DNA of 64,000 bases, taken from positions 18,850,001-18,914,000 of the forward strand of contig CM052832.1 in NCBI GenBank assembly GCA_028534125.1, in the 5' to 3' direction. The notes under the pieces are model-generated. The model did no database searches. It was not told where the DNA came from and saw nothing but the letters and a program-made list of their open reading frames with translations. Origin of the DNA: Lama glama (Eukaryota). Positions 26,733 through 38,096 of the stretch are shown here, in pieces. The position numbers and the translations under genes were made by a program. How positions within the stretch are numbered: position 1 is the stretch's first letter; each line of letters begins with the position of its first letter.

Positions 26733-27906
26733 AAAAGATAAGCTAGAAATAGTATAAAGTCTCAAAGTACAAAAAGTAGGAACCAAGTAACATACAACAT
26801 ATTCTCAGCTTTATAAGGAAAAACACCAAGGGTGAGAAGGCACTGGGGGAAAGGAACAAGAAATAAAAGTCAAAAAAATAAATACTGAAAGTATTGGGTC
26901 AACTCATTTATAACCTATTTTACTGGACTGACAGCCAAAAGAAACTCAGAAATGCAAACTATCAGGAGAATCCCCCAGTGTTTTAGTTTAAGTAGCTGAA
27001 TTTCTCTAAATTCATAAACTCTAAAATCAACAACTTAAAGGAGGATAATTCATAGACCATCTTGCTCAAACCTGAAGCTTGTGAAACCTTGAATGTTTCT
27101 ATAAATAATTCCTGCCCATGCAAGTAAGGAACAGCCAAAACAAGTTTACACCAAGCCACTAGAAACTGCTTGGATTCCAGATTTGGGGAGATAAACTCAA
27201 ATACACTTAAACTCAAATACATTTGTAATTTGGTTACAATCTTAACTCTAACTAATGTTAAGATGAGCCCCCCTCAAAAAATCTTAACAGTAAGAACTGA
27301 TCATAACTATTTTTTATGGTGCTAACTTTATTATATAGGACATTTAAATTTGTCTTTGTGATTTAAACTTTGCAAATTTGACTTATGACATGGGTTTATC
27401 TTTACTTTGATTAGTATCCATGTCAAATAATACCACGAACCATGTTAGACTGTTGCAGCAAATTCTACTTGATATTTAAGTTGTAGACAGCTGAATTCAT
27501 CTTGTGACCAGTTACTGTAAATATATGAAACAACAAATGGCAGAAACAAACTTTCTTCTCTCTACACGACCATTGCCAAAAAAGACCTCTATCGTATGGC
27601 TGAACAATATTAAAGAAAGCATGCTCTAAGGAAATGTACTCTTCATTAAAGCTAAATAAAGCAGAAGGATGGCACTAACCACTTCTGCTATGATAACCTT
27701 AATTATGCAATCTACATGAACACATTTTTTTGCACGGCAAAAGTCACACAATCAAGTTTTTCCACTTTCATTTCTCTGCCATCCTAACATATCCACTGAG
27801 AAGTAGAAGTTATCCATCAACAGCATAATCCTTCCAAAAAAAAAAAAAAATAGCATAATCCTTCCATCTCCAGGGGAAAGCAGTCAGGTATTTTAGAAGA
27901 TTCTCA

Positions 27907-28033
27907 GGGGGGAGGGTACAGCTCAGTGGTAGAGTGTGTGTCTAGCATGCACAAGGTCCCAGTTTCAATCCCCACTACCTCCAGTATAAATAAATACCTC
28001 CCCTCCTAAAAAAAATTAAAAGATAAAATAAAA
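27907..28033 (+). mobile_element. tRNA-Ala-derived SINE (Vic-1-like)
   Basis: ggggggagggtacagctcagtggtagag...; short flanking repeat AAGATTCT. Confidence 0.88.
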
Positions 28034-29065
28034 AAGATTCTTGAGACTGATGATACTGAAAAGATACTTCAAATTCTGTCACAACTTCAACTGAAGAAAT
28101 AGAATATTAAAAATATGCTCTTTTAATGACACACTCTTGGGATTTGTTTTAATACCCCAGAAGGGGAAAAAAATGTGGAGAAAGAAAACAATATTGGCAA
28201 AATGCTAAAAACTGTTGAAGATGAAAGAAAAGTATACAAGGTTCCATACGCTATTCTCTACTTTTGCATGTTTCAAAACTCCTAATGACAAAAAGATAAA
28301 CAGAGGATTCTCTCCAATAAAAACACAAACAAGATGTATTTACCTAAGCTTCAATTAAGGTTCGCCACAATTTCAACATAGAAACCACTAAAACACCACC
28401 AAAGGCCTTTCACCTTTCTAAAGGTACCACTCAGGCATTGACAACTCCCTACCAACTCTGTGCCCAACAAGGCCCAAGCCCTCGGACCCCAGCGACTCCC
28501 CCCACAAGCTGGAGGGAACCCCCCTGCCCCAGCCCCATCTCAGCACTAGTAGATACTGCCTCCAGCTGGCATTTCCCTCCAAACCACCACAAACCAAGGT
28601 AAAAACGACAAATGTTTTCTTCACATTCTCAGCTCATCACCCTGAGATGGATGCTCGCATAAAATTTGAGAAACTTTAATAATTAAACTGACATGATATG
28701 AATTTTTAAACTCCTCCCTCAGTCCTTACAAATAATAACAGGCACTCAGCTGTAACAAAGGTAAGTAAGCTCCATTTAGCATCCAACTTTGAAGAACCTG
28801 AAAACAGTCTGTAGGAGGTGACCTGGTTGTGGGTGACTTTTACGACTTTAAGAAAGACAATTCTGAAAAAATGTCAGTCTCTAAAATTTAAGTTATGCTA
28901 CTTTTAATTTTCCAGGGACAAATATTCCAGTTAGCCTAGGACAAAATAGGCACCAGAACTTTTAAACAAATAAACACAGAACTAGTGGTGCATAAAAATC
29001 AGGCAATCGAAACAATGAAGGGAAAAACCTCTTCAAACTTTTTTTTAAAAACCATTAATACTTAC

Positions 29066-29163
29066 CAGCACCTTGTTTTCAACTTTGTCCCCCTTAACTT
29101 CCAATTTCACTTTCTTCTTCAATGCAATTTTTATCTTTCGGCCAATAACATCCTTTACGCTTT
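29066..29163 (-). CDS. CARMIL1: CARMIL1 coding exon 2, 98 nt, (E)[32 protein letters not shown]
   Basis: Acceptor TTCCCTTCTTTCAG|AA and donor GTGCTG|GTAAGT. It joins exon 1 in phase (40+98=138 nt, 46 codons) and continues the recalled CARMIL1 sequence into the PH-like domain. Confidence 0.96.
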
Positions 29164-29364
29164 CTGAAAGAAGGGAATAGTTCTGTTATATTCTTTTATT
29201 AATAAGAAAAAAGCATGGGGGTGGGGGGCAGAGCATTTAAAATAATATTTTTGGTTGTTTTTATTTTTTTTTTGGCTCTTTTTAGCAAGCTTGATCGTTA
29301 TCAGTCACCCAGTATTTAATGAACACCTACTTTATGCCTTGTTTTTTTTCCTCCTTGCATTTTA

Positions 29365-29965
29365 TCTTATTTTATTATTGAAGTATAGTCGATTTATAAT
29401 GTTGTGTTAATTTCTGGTGTACAGCATAGTGATTCATTTATACATATATATTCCTCTCCATATTTTTTTTCACTATAGGCCATTACAAGGTATCGAATAT
29501 AGTTTCCTGGGCTATACGGTACAGCCTCATTGTTTATCTATTTTATACACAGTAGTTAGTATCTGCAAATTCCAAACTCCCAAATTATCCCTCCCCCCTT
29601 TTTCCCCCTAGTAACCATAAGTTTGTTTTCTATGTCTGTGAGTCTGTCTGTTTTGTAAATAATTTCATCTGTGTTTTTTTTTTTTAGATTCCATATATAA
29701 GTGATATATGGTATTTTTCTTTTTCTTCTTGGCTTAATTCACTTAGTATGATGATCTCCAGGTCCATCCATGTTGCTGCAAATGGCATTATTTTATTCTT
29801 TTTTACATCTGAGTAGTATTCCATTTTATATATATATAAACACACACACACCACATCTTTATCCAGTCATCTGTTGATGGACACTTCGGCTGCTCCCATG
29901 TCTTGGCTATTGTAAACAATGCTGCTATGAACACTGGGCTGCATGTATCTTTTCGAATTAGAGTT
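29365..29965 (-). mobile_element. L1 3' end (ORF2 C-terminal remnant plus 3' UTR), sense to CARMIL1
   Basis: The minus-strand translation KDTCSPVFIAALFTIAKTWEQPKCPSTDDWIKMW is the L1 ORF2 C-terminus; it is followed by the L1 3' UTR and a poly(A) signal. Confidence 0.9.
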
Positions 29966-31740
29966 TCTTTGTGCTCAGATACTGAGGCAAATATAAAAGC
30001 ATATGACATAACAGCAGTCCTTACAGGGCATGATATAATCTTGCTGGGCAAACAGGATGCATACACAAGAAAATTAAAAAGAGCAACGTCAGGCAGCACC
30101 ATAGGGCACTCTACTGCAGGCAGACCATAAGCACAAGAGGAATTCATAAACTCCCTTGGCTGATTGTGTCTGGTCCCCCCCAGACTCTGTGTTCACGACA
30201 ATGCCATGCGAATATTATCATTTTCTAGGAGTGCCTTGACATGAAGGCTGGGAATTATGGCAAAGAACCTGACATAGACCAAACAATTTAGCCAGGTTGC
30301 TCCTGGCCATCTGCCCTTCCAAAATCATCACAGCACAACACTCTCCAAAGAGTGGTCAAAGGCAATGGAGAAAGAGGAACTGAGAGAGAGGGGGAGACTT
30401 GAAAAGTGGGATAGTGGTGGGAAGGTCTTCCTGGGACTCCTGTGAGTCCCCCAAACTGAACAGGTCTCAAATCAAACTCATTGTCTTCCCTGCCCCACCT
30501 CTGGCCCCAAATGAAGCTACAAATTCTGTTTATTTCCAACTCCTTTCTCTCGGATAGACAGTCACCTCCTCTCCTAGAACTACCCCGTCAATAGCTCTGA
30601 CCCCCCAGGGCCGGACCCTGCTTTCAAGGCCTCAGAATCTCTCATCAGAACTAAGCCCATGACTTCCAAGCTATCAGCAGCCCCTGGTCCCTCCAGAACC
30701 AAAGTGACCCTTCCACAGCCACTGATCTGACCACGTCCCTCTTGCTCTATGAGTCACAGTCACTTCTGGATGAATCCAAACCTTGCAGCATGCCACTCAA
30801 GGCCTTTCACATTTTTTCAGCTTAATTTCTCAGAACACACTTAAAGACCTTATCATCTCCATCTTTTACACCCCTAGGATTTTGTATATATCATTCTCTT
30901 TCCTGGGTTGCACTTTCCCTATTCTCCTCCAGGTTAGATCCTACTTTCCTTCCAAACATAGCAAATTCCTCTATACCCCCACAGCTCTGTTATTGTGTAT
31001 TATAATCATTTCAGTTTATTCAGATTTTCAACAAATATATATACACAGAAATAATCTGTGTACCAAGTACTTTACCAGGTGCTGGACTACAGATGCCCCT
31101 TTCACAGGAACTTACAATCTAGTGGAAGACTTGGATTAATGCCACTAGACCAATCTGCACTCCCTACCATGAGATCACGACCAAGGAGATACATGAAGAC
31201 TTCATGTAGGAGGGGACAGAAAGGACCCCTGAGCTGAATCTTGGAGTAGGAAATAGACCACTGGTTTCCAAAACAAAGTATACATTACAAACCATTGAAG
31301 TGCAGAAAGAAAACAGTAGAATTTTTATGCCTATTTGCAGTATGTTTCAGTTTATGCTTTAGATTATACACACTAAATGAAGCAGGCATTGCAGCTTAAC
31401 AAATAAATGTTTATTAAAGGGTGATCAAAATATTCTTATTGGAAACCCAGCACAACAAGTTTAGAGCCACTAAGAGAAGAAGAGTGCAGGAGGGGAGGAT
31501 AGGGCATTGCCAGCATAGAGAAGGGCAGAGAACATGAGAAAGGAGTTCATTCAGGGAACAGCAATGAGATGGAAGGTTTCTTGGGGGTGGGGGGAAGGGG
31601 ACTTGTGGGGGAGCTCACTGCACAGGGAGTTCTCTATGTAGCTTCCTATCTTATCAGAACCCCAAACAGGGACAGGCTATTCCTCCATCCCCTAAGAACT
31701 GTGGGAAATGAGCATCTGAAATTGACTTAGTATATACACA

Positions 31741-31891
31741 TAAGTAGCTTACGATGAAAAAAATAGGAAAATGAATATATGTATATCCATGTATGATTGA
31801 AGCATTGTGCTGTATGCCAGAAAATGACACAACACTGTAAACTGACTATACCTCGATTTAAAATATATATATATACATATATATATATATG
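31741..31891 (+). mobile_element. L1 3' UTR fragment with (TA)n tail
   Basis: gcattgtgctgtatgccagaaaatgacacaacactgtaaactgactatacc followed by (TA)n and (CA)n. Confidence 0.75.
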
Positions 31892-33963
31892 TTTATACAC
31901 ACACACAAAGACTGGAAAGTTACATACCAATAGGTTATAAGTAGCTATCTTGGAGTGGTACTATGGGTGACATATATTCTCATTCTCTGCACTTAAAAAA
32001 AACTTTTTAATAAAAAGCCTGTATTACTTCAATAATCAGAAAGATACACAACACTTGTTTTAACTGCCTTGAGGGATTAGCTTCAGGAACTACATTGAGG
32101 TTTCCACGTGGTTGCCATTTTGACTTGATGAGAGCAGAATGCTTGTGAGCACTTGAAATTAGAGGGAAAAGCAGATGCAGAAATTTCCCCCAGCCCAGAC
32201 TCATTACCATTTAAAAGCCCAGAAAAATCATGTTGAGCATATCACAAAAACATGCGTTACCTGGTTGAAAGATAACGTCAGATGGGCAGGACTAAATAAA
32301 CATAAAAATTCCATTTCTAGATAAGGGTTAAATTCAACTTATAAAACATGCCAAAGAATTTATTTGAGAACAATCAATATAAACCAGGTACCATATTTCC
32401 ATCCCAACCTTCACCACCCTTTTTCTTGGGTCTAAGTCATTACCTATATTTTTCATTACCAGGCTCAAGTAATTTTAAAAATCTGCCACCTTCTTTAGTT
32501 ATCCTCATCCCCCGCCAGCAAGGCAACTCTACCCCAAATTCTCTTTGTCAGGACCTCTGGAGTCATCTTCAGAGGCTCTGGGCATTTGTTTCCTTTTCCG
32601 AGTAGGTTACTGGCAAAAACTCAGCCTCCCAGAACTGGATGGACCACTCACTCCCATTGGACTCTACAGGGTTAGGGAGGGAAGAGGCAGAAGTATGACT
32701 GTGGGAGTAGGTGTAACTTTATACCGTAAATTTGGTAAAGAGCTGGGTTTTGGAGTTTTTTTTTTTTTCATTCAACAAAAGCAGAAGCTTCCATCTTCCA
32801 TGCAAACCTAGCAACAGCTTCATTTCATCAAGTTTCACCTGCTGAGTTAACAGTCACTAAATGGAAGAGCACACACAAACTCCTCCAAAGTACTATGGCT
32901 AAAAGGAGAAACAAGGGGGGCAAATTCCTCAACTGCAGATGAATGCGCGGTTAGAGCTCCTCTCGTTGTCAGCACCAATTAAAAATCATCTTTCTGAGCT
33001 TTGTAGTGTGCCAAGGATGGTACAGTGAGGAATATAGGTCACTGGGGCTCAAAACACACGCGCAAACACGTACCTTGTTACAATACAACATGCTACACAC
33101 ACACAAAAGCTTAAACACTTGGTTTGCAATACACTCTTCCCCCCAAAGCTCATTTTAACTCTGCCTTTTAACCCGCCACATAATTAAGTTAAACCCCAAG
33201 ACAAAATATTCAGCTCCTCCCCCCGCCAAAAAACAAACCTCAAGGGACACAAACAATGGGTCACCTTGTATAGGGTACCACACAAGGGTTCCCTAAGAAA
33301 TCCGGGGTTTGGAGAATCGGTAGGTTAATTATTATTAAAATAAGGCTTTTATCATTAACCCTCAATTTCCTGGCCCGAGTTTGCGTCAGTCCTGTAACCC
33401 TTTCCCTCCCAGTTCGCTATGCGAAGCCACGCCTTGCCAGGCTCAGTCATTATACCGGACTAGCGCCCCCTCCTCCAAGTCTGTACAGCAGAGGGGCACC
33501 TCCCGCCGGGTATTTTCTGGGGGCCGGGGGTTCCTGACACGTGCCGGCGGCGACCTACTGCGCGCTCGCCAGCCGTCCTGGTCCTGGGTTTGCTCGGACT
33601 TGCCGAGTTTGGGGCACTGGGCTGGGCGCTGCAAAGGTTTCTCCTGGCTTCCAGAACTCCTCAAACCCAGGCAGCCCGTCCCCTTCTTCTACCAACCTGG
33701 GCCCCCAGGTCGCGGAGGGAGGAGGCGCCTGGGGGCTCCGGAGTCCTCCCCACGCCGGCCCTCTCCGGACTCGGCTTTTCAGGCGGTCACACGGGAACAA
33801 ACTTCCCGGCGCCCCCCAGCGACCCTGCCCCACTCCACTCCCACCCCAGGGGCGCCGGGACCCGGCGGGACGTGCGGGGGGGCAGAGGTGGGAAGGGAGG
33901 CGGAGGTGGAGGTGAGGGGGACGCAGAGACATAAGGAAAAATCAACAAACGCGCGACTCTTAC

Positions 33964-34003
33964 CTATCAACTCCCTGGGCACCTCGGAGCTCTCCTCGGT
34001 CAT
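33964..34003 (-). CDS. CARMIL1: CARMIL1 (LRRC16A) coding exon 1, 40 nt, MTEESSEVPRELI plus the first base of Glu14
   Basis: Minus strand reads TAG AGG GCC ACC ATG ACC GAG GAG AGC TCC GAG GTG CCC AGG GAG TTG ATA G|GTAAGAG. It has a GCCACCATG Kozak, an in-frame TAG 4 codons upstream (34015-34013) and a canonical donor. The peptide matches the CARMIL1 N-terminus as I recall it (MTEESSDVPRELIE...). Confidence 0.96.
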
Positions 34004-34400
34004 GGTGGCCCTCTAGGTGCGGGGGGTGCTGCGGATCCAACTCTGATTTACGGCCCCCGCCCTCCCCCGAACCCCTCAATTTCTTACGAGGCAGATGCAG
34101 TTTGCAAATGGGAGTAGGCAAGAAAGCGGGGGCGGAGATGGAATTTTGCCGCGCCCCCCCGCCCCACCAAAAAAAGAAGAAAATTAAAAAAAAAAAAAAA
34201 GGAAAGAGTTGCAAATCCGAGGTGGGTCTGCGGCTGCTGCTACATGACGCCTCCTTGCAGTTCCCGGCGGCGGAACGGAGACCCTGTGGGACTGGGAGCA
34301 GCTGCGGCTGTGGCTGTGGCTGCGGCTCCCGGCTCTCAGCGGCGTCGCTCCGGCCACTGCCAGCTCCCGCCCGGCCCCGGCGCCGCACCTACGGCCCTAG
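34004..34400 (-). other. CARMIL1: CARMIL1 5' UTR (upstream limit approximate)
   Basis: GC-rich leader contiguous with the ATG, containing a U-rich tract (34169-34200) and a (RCAGCC)n run (34298-34327). The TSS cannot be read from sequence alone. Confidence 0.6.
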
Positions 34401-37400
34401 GTGAAAGCGGAAGGCGTGCGGAGAGGCGGGGAGAGCGGGGCGGGCGACCGGGCTTTCCTCGCGCTCCTGCCGGGCTCCGGCGGGGCGGGGGCAGCTCCGG
34501 CGCTCCTCCTCCTCCTCGTTTTCCTCCTCCTCCTGCGTTTCCTCCTCACCTCGCGAGACCCGGCCTCCGCACGCGTCCCAGGCCGGCCTCCCGCGCCCGG
34601 GCGCACGTTCCCCGGCACGGGGCGCACGGCCGGGAGGCACGCGGCGCTGGGCTGCGGCGGCGGGCACGGCACCCCTCCTCTCAGCCTCCCTCCCGAACCG
34701 CCGAAGCCCTGCTTCTGGAGAGGGGGCGAGAGAGCCCGGGAGCCATCTGCTGGCTGCCGGGGAGGACAGCCGGCTGGGCCTCGGCTGCCCGATGCCCTGT
34801 CCCCACCTCCCGGCGGGGCCGAGGGCGCCAGGAGAGCGGAGGCTGCAGACCCGCGCAGATTTCGCAGACCCATCTGCACGGAAACCAGGCCGTACTGGGA
34901 GCCCTCTATGCCCTTTCCTTTTTCAGCCCTCCCTGTGACAGGTTGGCGTTTCCTTCGACGTTATTAATTTTCCATTTCTGGGGCGCAGGAGCTAGACGAA
35001 ACCTGTAAGTACTAACCAGATGGTGAGAAAACACTTGTGTGTGTGCTCAGCGGGCGCTCCGCCGCCACCGTTTGCCGTCTCAGACATTCGAAGTGGGAGA
35101 GCGCCTGGAAAATGCCTTTCACTTCCAGAGGAACCCACTTTAACCCCAGAGCAAATTCAGACAGCTGAGCGTTTCGCAGAAGCCAGAATAAGCCTGCTGA
35201 TAGGTCTGATCTCACCTGGCCCAACTCCCTCCGACTTCCCCCGGGCCCCGCCCCCACAGGGACGACGTCAGGGCCAGAAGCCTTGGGGGCGTCTCAGTTG
35301 CTGCCTTACTGCCTGGCGGCTGGGAATGCCTGTCTAATCAGGTTCTGGTTTTAAGGACAGAGGGAAGGGGAGATAGAAAGGAAAGGGAATCCCACGCATT
35401 GATAGTCTAGTTTTAAACACTGCTGTCGACCTGGGACCCCCAGGAATCATCTTCAGCCTCTCCGCCTGGCATTACCAAGGAAGGCATTTACCCTTCTAAC
35501 CTCTCTCACTCCCCACTCCCCACCTGACTCTCCAAAACTATTTATTATTTGCTTTTCCCTTCCTTTTAAGGTTATCGGATTCTTATCTATGTTTTCAGTT
35601 CCAGCCCAGTGTGTACCTTCTTGTGAAGATCTTCCAGGATTTTTCAGATCACTGTGATCCCTCTGTTCCAAACTACTAGAATACACTGCCTGAAACATTA
35701 TTTTCTAAAACCAACCATACAGTGCTTCGTTTCATTACTTGTGCATTTGACTGGTTTTACTGTCTAACTGTTGCATTGTTCCCTGAGTTTGGGGTTGTCT
35801 GCCCAACTAAACTGGAGGCAGTTTAAGGGCAGGACTAGAACTATCTTTCATTCAACTGTGTATGTTAAAGAGGATTTTTCTGGCACTTACCAGTGAAGTT
35901 TCAGAAATAGCCCTGAGGATTCCACACCACGTGGTAACTCGTGAAAATAAAGACAAAACTTTTTTCCTCCTGGCCTGGAGTGATGGGAAGAATAAAGGAC
36001 AGGGTGTACAGCATGCCTGTAATCAGTGCTCCTTGACATGTTTTCAAGGCAGCTCGGGTTTCAATAAAGAATGGTTTCCCCCACCCCCACCCCACTGGAG
36101 CAGGACCCCAAATGAGCCCTACACCTCTGAGGGCATGGATTCAAATGAATCTCCTATTTCAATGCTCAGAGGTGACTTATTCATTTTGGAGATGAAAATC
36201 ATTTACTTCTTGAGTGCAAAACTGAAGTACATTTCAGAACAGCAAGCAGAGAACTCCAAGGAGCACTGTAACACTGTAAAACCCAACAAGCAAGAAATAT
36301 CCCCCACACAGTACAACCAGGGGGCCAGCTTAGGGAATGCATTTCAAATTCTAGTTTGTGTGCTTGTTGGCTGAAATCTGTCCACCCCTCCAGTGCTGCA
36401 AAATTTCCTCAGCGCACCTGCCGTCCCACTTCCATACTTTCAAATTTATCTGTGCCATTATGATCTTGATTAAGAAAGTATTGAAACCACAACCTGAAAC
36501 TGATTGCCACTATAAATGTGATTGCCTGTAGCTTCATCTAAGTAAATATGTAAGTGTGGCTGTGTTTAAGCATTGTAACTAGCACTGATAAACTGAAACC
36601 TATTAGAAAGGAAGAGAAAACGGGCTTTTCAGAGAATCCCTACCACACCTGAACTTTTACACTGTTAAACACAACTGTAGTCAATTTAACACTTGCTGAG
36701 TAACAAAAGCGTTTTGGAAAATTATACATGGACTTTTATTTTTAGTTCTGAGATGTATGTTTGTATCTCTGTAGTATATTTTGTAGTGCATTATGGCGAG
36801 AAAATACTCCATGAATTTAAAAATCTGCTGAAAATACTTCATCTATAGTGGTTTAACATACTACCATTAGAACCATACAAACAATGATTAAACCCATGGA
36901 AACAAAACCAGAAAAAGTGAATAAGAAATCAGCAAACTAACAACAACAAAATTCCACTATTTACCCAAATCAATTTTTGATCTTGCCTACTACACTGAGA
37001 ACTGATTTTAAAATTGGAAGATATTCAGGTATGTGGGAACCAATGACATCTCCACTCACCAAGCAGTGATTTGCAGACTAACTTCCCACCCTCAGCAACT
37101 CTTGGTTGGGGGCCTTCTTAATGAGGTGTGTATTTCTCAACGGGGTTAATATAGGCCTTTCAGGATAAGTACACAAAGAAATACTAAGCTTGCAAACACC
37201 TCTAGGAAAAAATAGTTTATCTGTGATTAGAAGACAGTGAGAAGTAAATGTCTATTAGACAATATTCCTTTAAAGTATTGACAAATGATATTATAAGAAA
37301 TTTGCTTGAAAAAGTAATCCATGGGAGAGGGAGATGTTTATGGGGTGGGGTGGAAGACTGAATGGTGATATAGATGAACCAAGAATAGCCTTGTACTGAT

Positions 37401-37670
37401 TTTTATTGTAGCTGGATAATGGAGTACATGAGAGTTCATTGCTCTCACTTTTATGTATGTTTGAAATTTTCCATCGTCAGAGCACATGTTTAGTTGGAAA
37501 ACCTAGCTTATCTGATTAGATGATGTGGTAGGGGGTGGTGAGTGAGGAGCAGACATTAAAGAACAAGTCCCTCTTGGGAAGTGAGATCGGACAAGGCAAC
37601 CATGGAATATGAGGAGGAAAGAAACTCAAGAAGTACAGGCCATCAGAAAAAGAAGGGCTGCAAAGGAGAC

Positions 37671-38096
37671 TGTTATCAGTTATCTATTGCTGCATAACAA
37701 ACAAACCCCAAAACTCTGCAGCTTAAAATAGCAAATATTTAATATATCAAAGATTCCATGGGTCAGGAATTTGGGAGCAGCTTAGGTTCTGGCTCAGAGT
37801 CTTATGAGATTGGGGTCAGGCTGTCAGCTGCTGCCGTGGTCAACTGAAGGCTCTCCTGGGGCTTTCCATGATGTGAGCAGGTGTCAGTTCCTTATTGGTT
37901 GTTGTCTGAAGCCTCAGTTCCTCAGGACACACCTTTTATAACTTCACCTTGGAAGTGACATATCATCACTTCTGCTCTATTTTACTGTCACCTGGATCAA
38001 TGAATCACCCCAGGTCAATGAGAGAGGTGACTGCACAAGGATGTGAATCCCAAGAGGCAGGGATCACTGGAGGCATCTTGAAAAGTGGCTACTACA
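37671..38096 (-). mobile_element. MaLR (MLT1-type) solo LTR
   Basis: TG...CA ends; tatctattgctgcataacaaa...gggtcaggaatttggg; near-perfect 5-bp TSD GAGAC/GAGTC. Confidence 0.8.

Larger units (their letters stand above)
1..29065 (-). other. CARMIL1: CARMIL1 intron 2 (partial, continues beyond the window start)
   Basis: Begins at the GTAAGT donor (29065). I did not find the expected next coding segment (VLTSCRAFL...) in 1-29065. The region is repeat-rich. Confidence 0.85.
29164..33963 (-). other. CARMIL1: CARMIL1 intron 1 (4.8 kb, GT-AG)
   Basis: Bounded by GTAAGA at 33963 and TTTCAG ending at 29164 on the minus strand. Confidence 0.93.
33380..35300. promoter_or_regulatory. CARMIL1: CpG island / TATA-less promoter of CARMIL1
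   Basis: Very high GC and CpG density relative to the flanks, multiple GGGCGG/CCGCCC boxes (e.g. ~34437, ~34483), and it spans exon 1. Confidence 0.92.

Noticed and set aside
33779..33963. 74-aa ORF continuation MTEESSEVPRELIGKSRAF...
   Set aside because: It is read-through into intron 1 past a canonical GTAAGA donor.
33381..35337. Long overlapping ORFs (211, 254, 188, 160, 142 aa etc.) in the CpG island
   Set aside because: Stop-poor GC-rich sequence gives low-complexity R/G/P/A peptides in all frames. Only the 40-nt CARMIL1 exon is supported.
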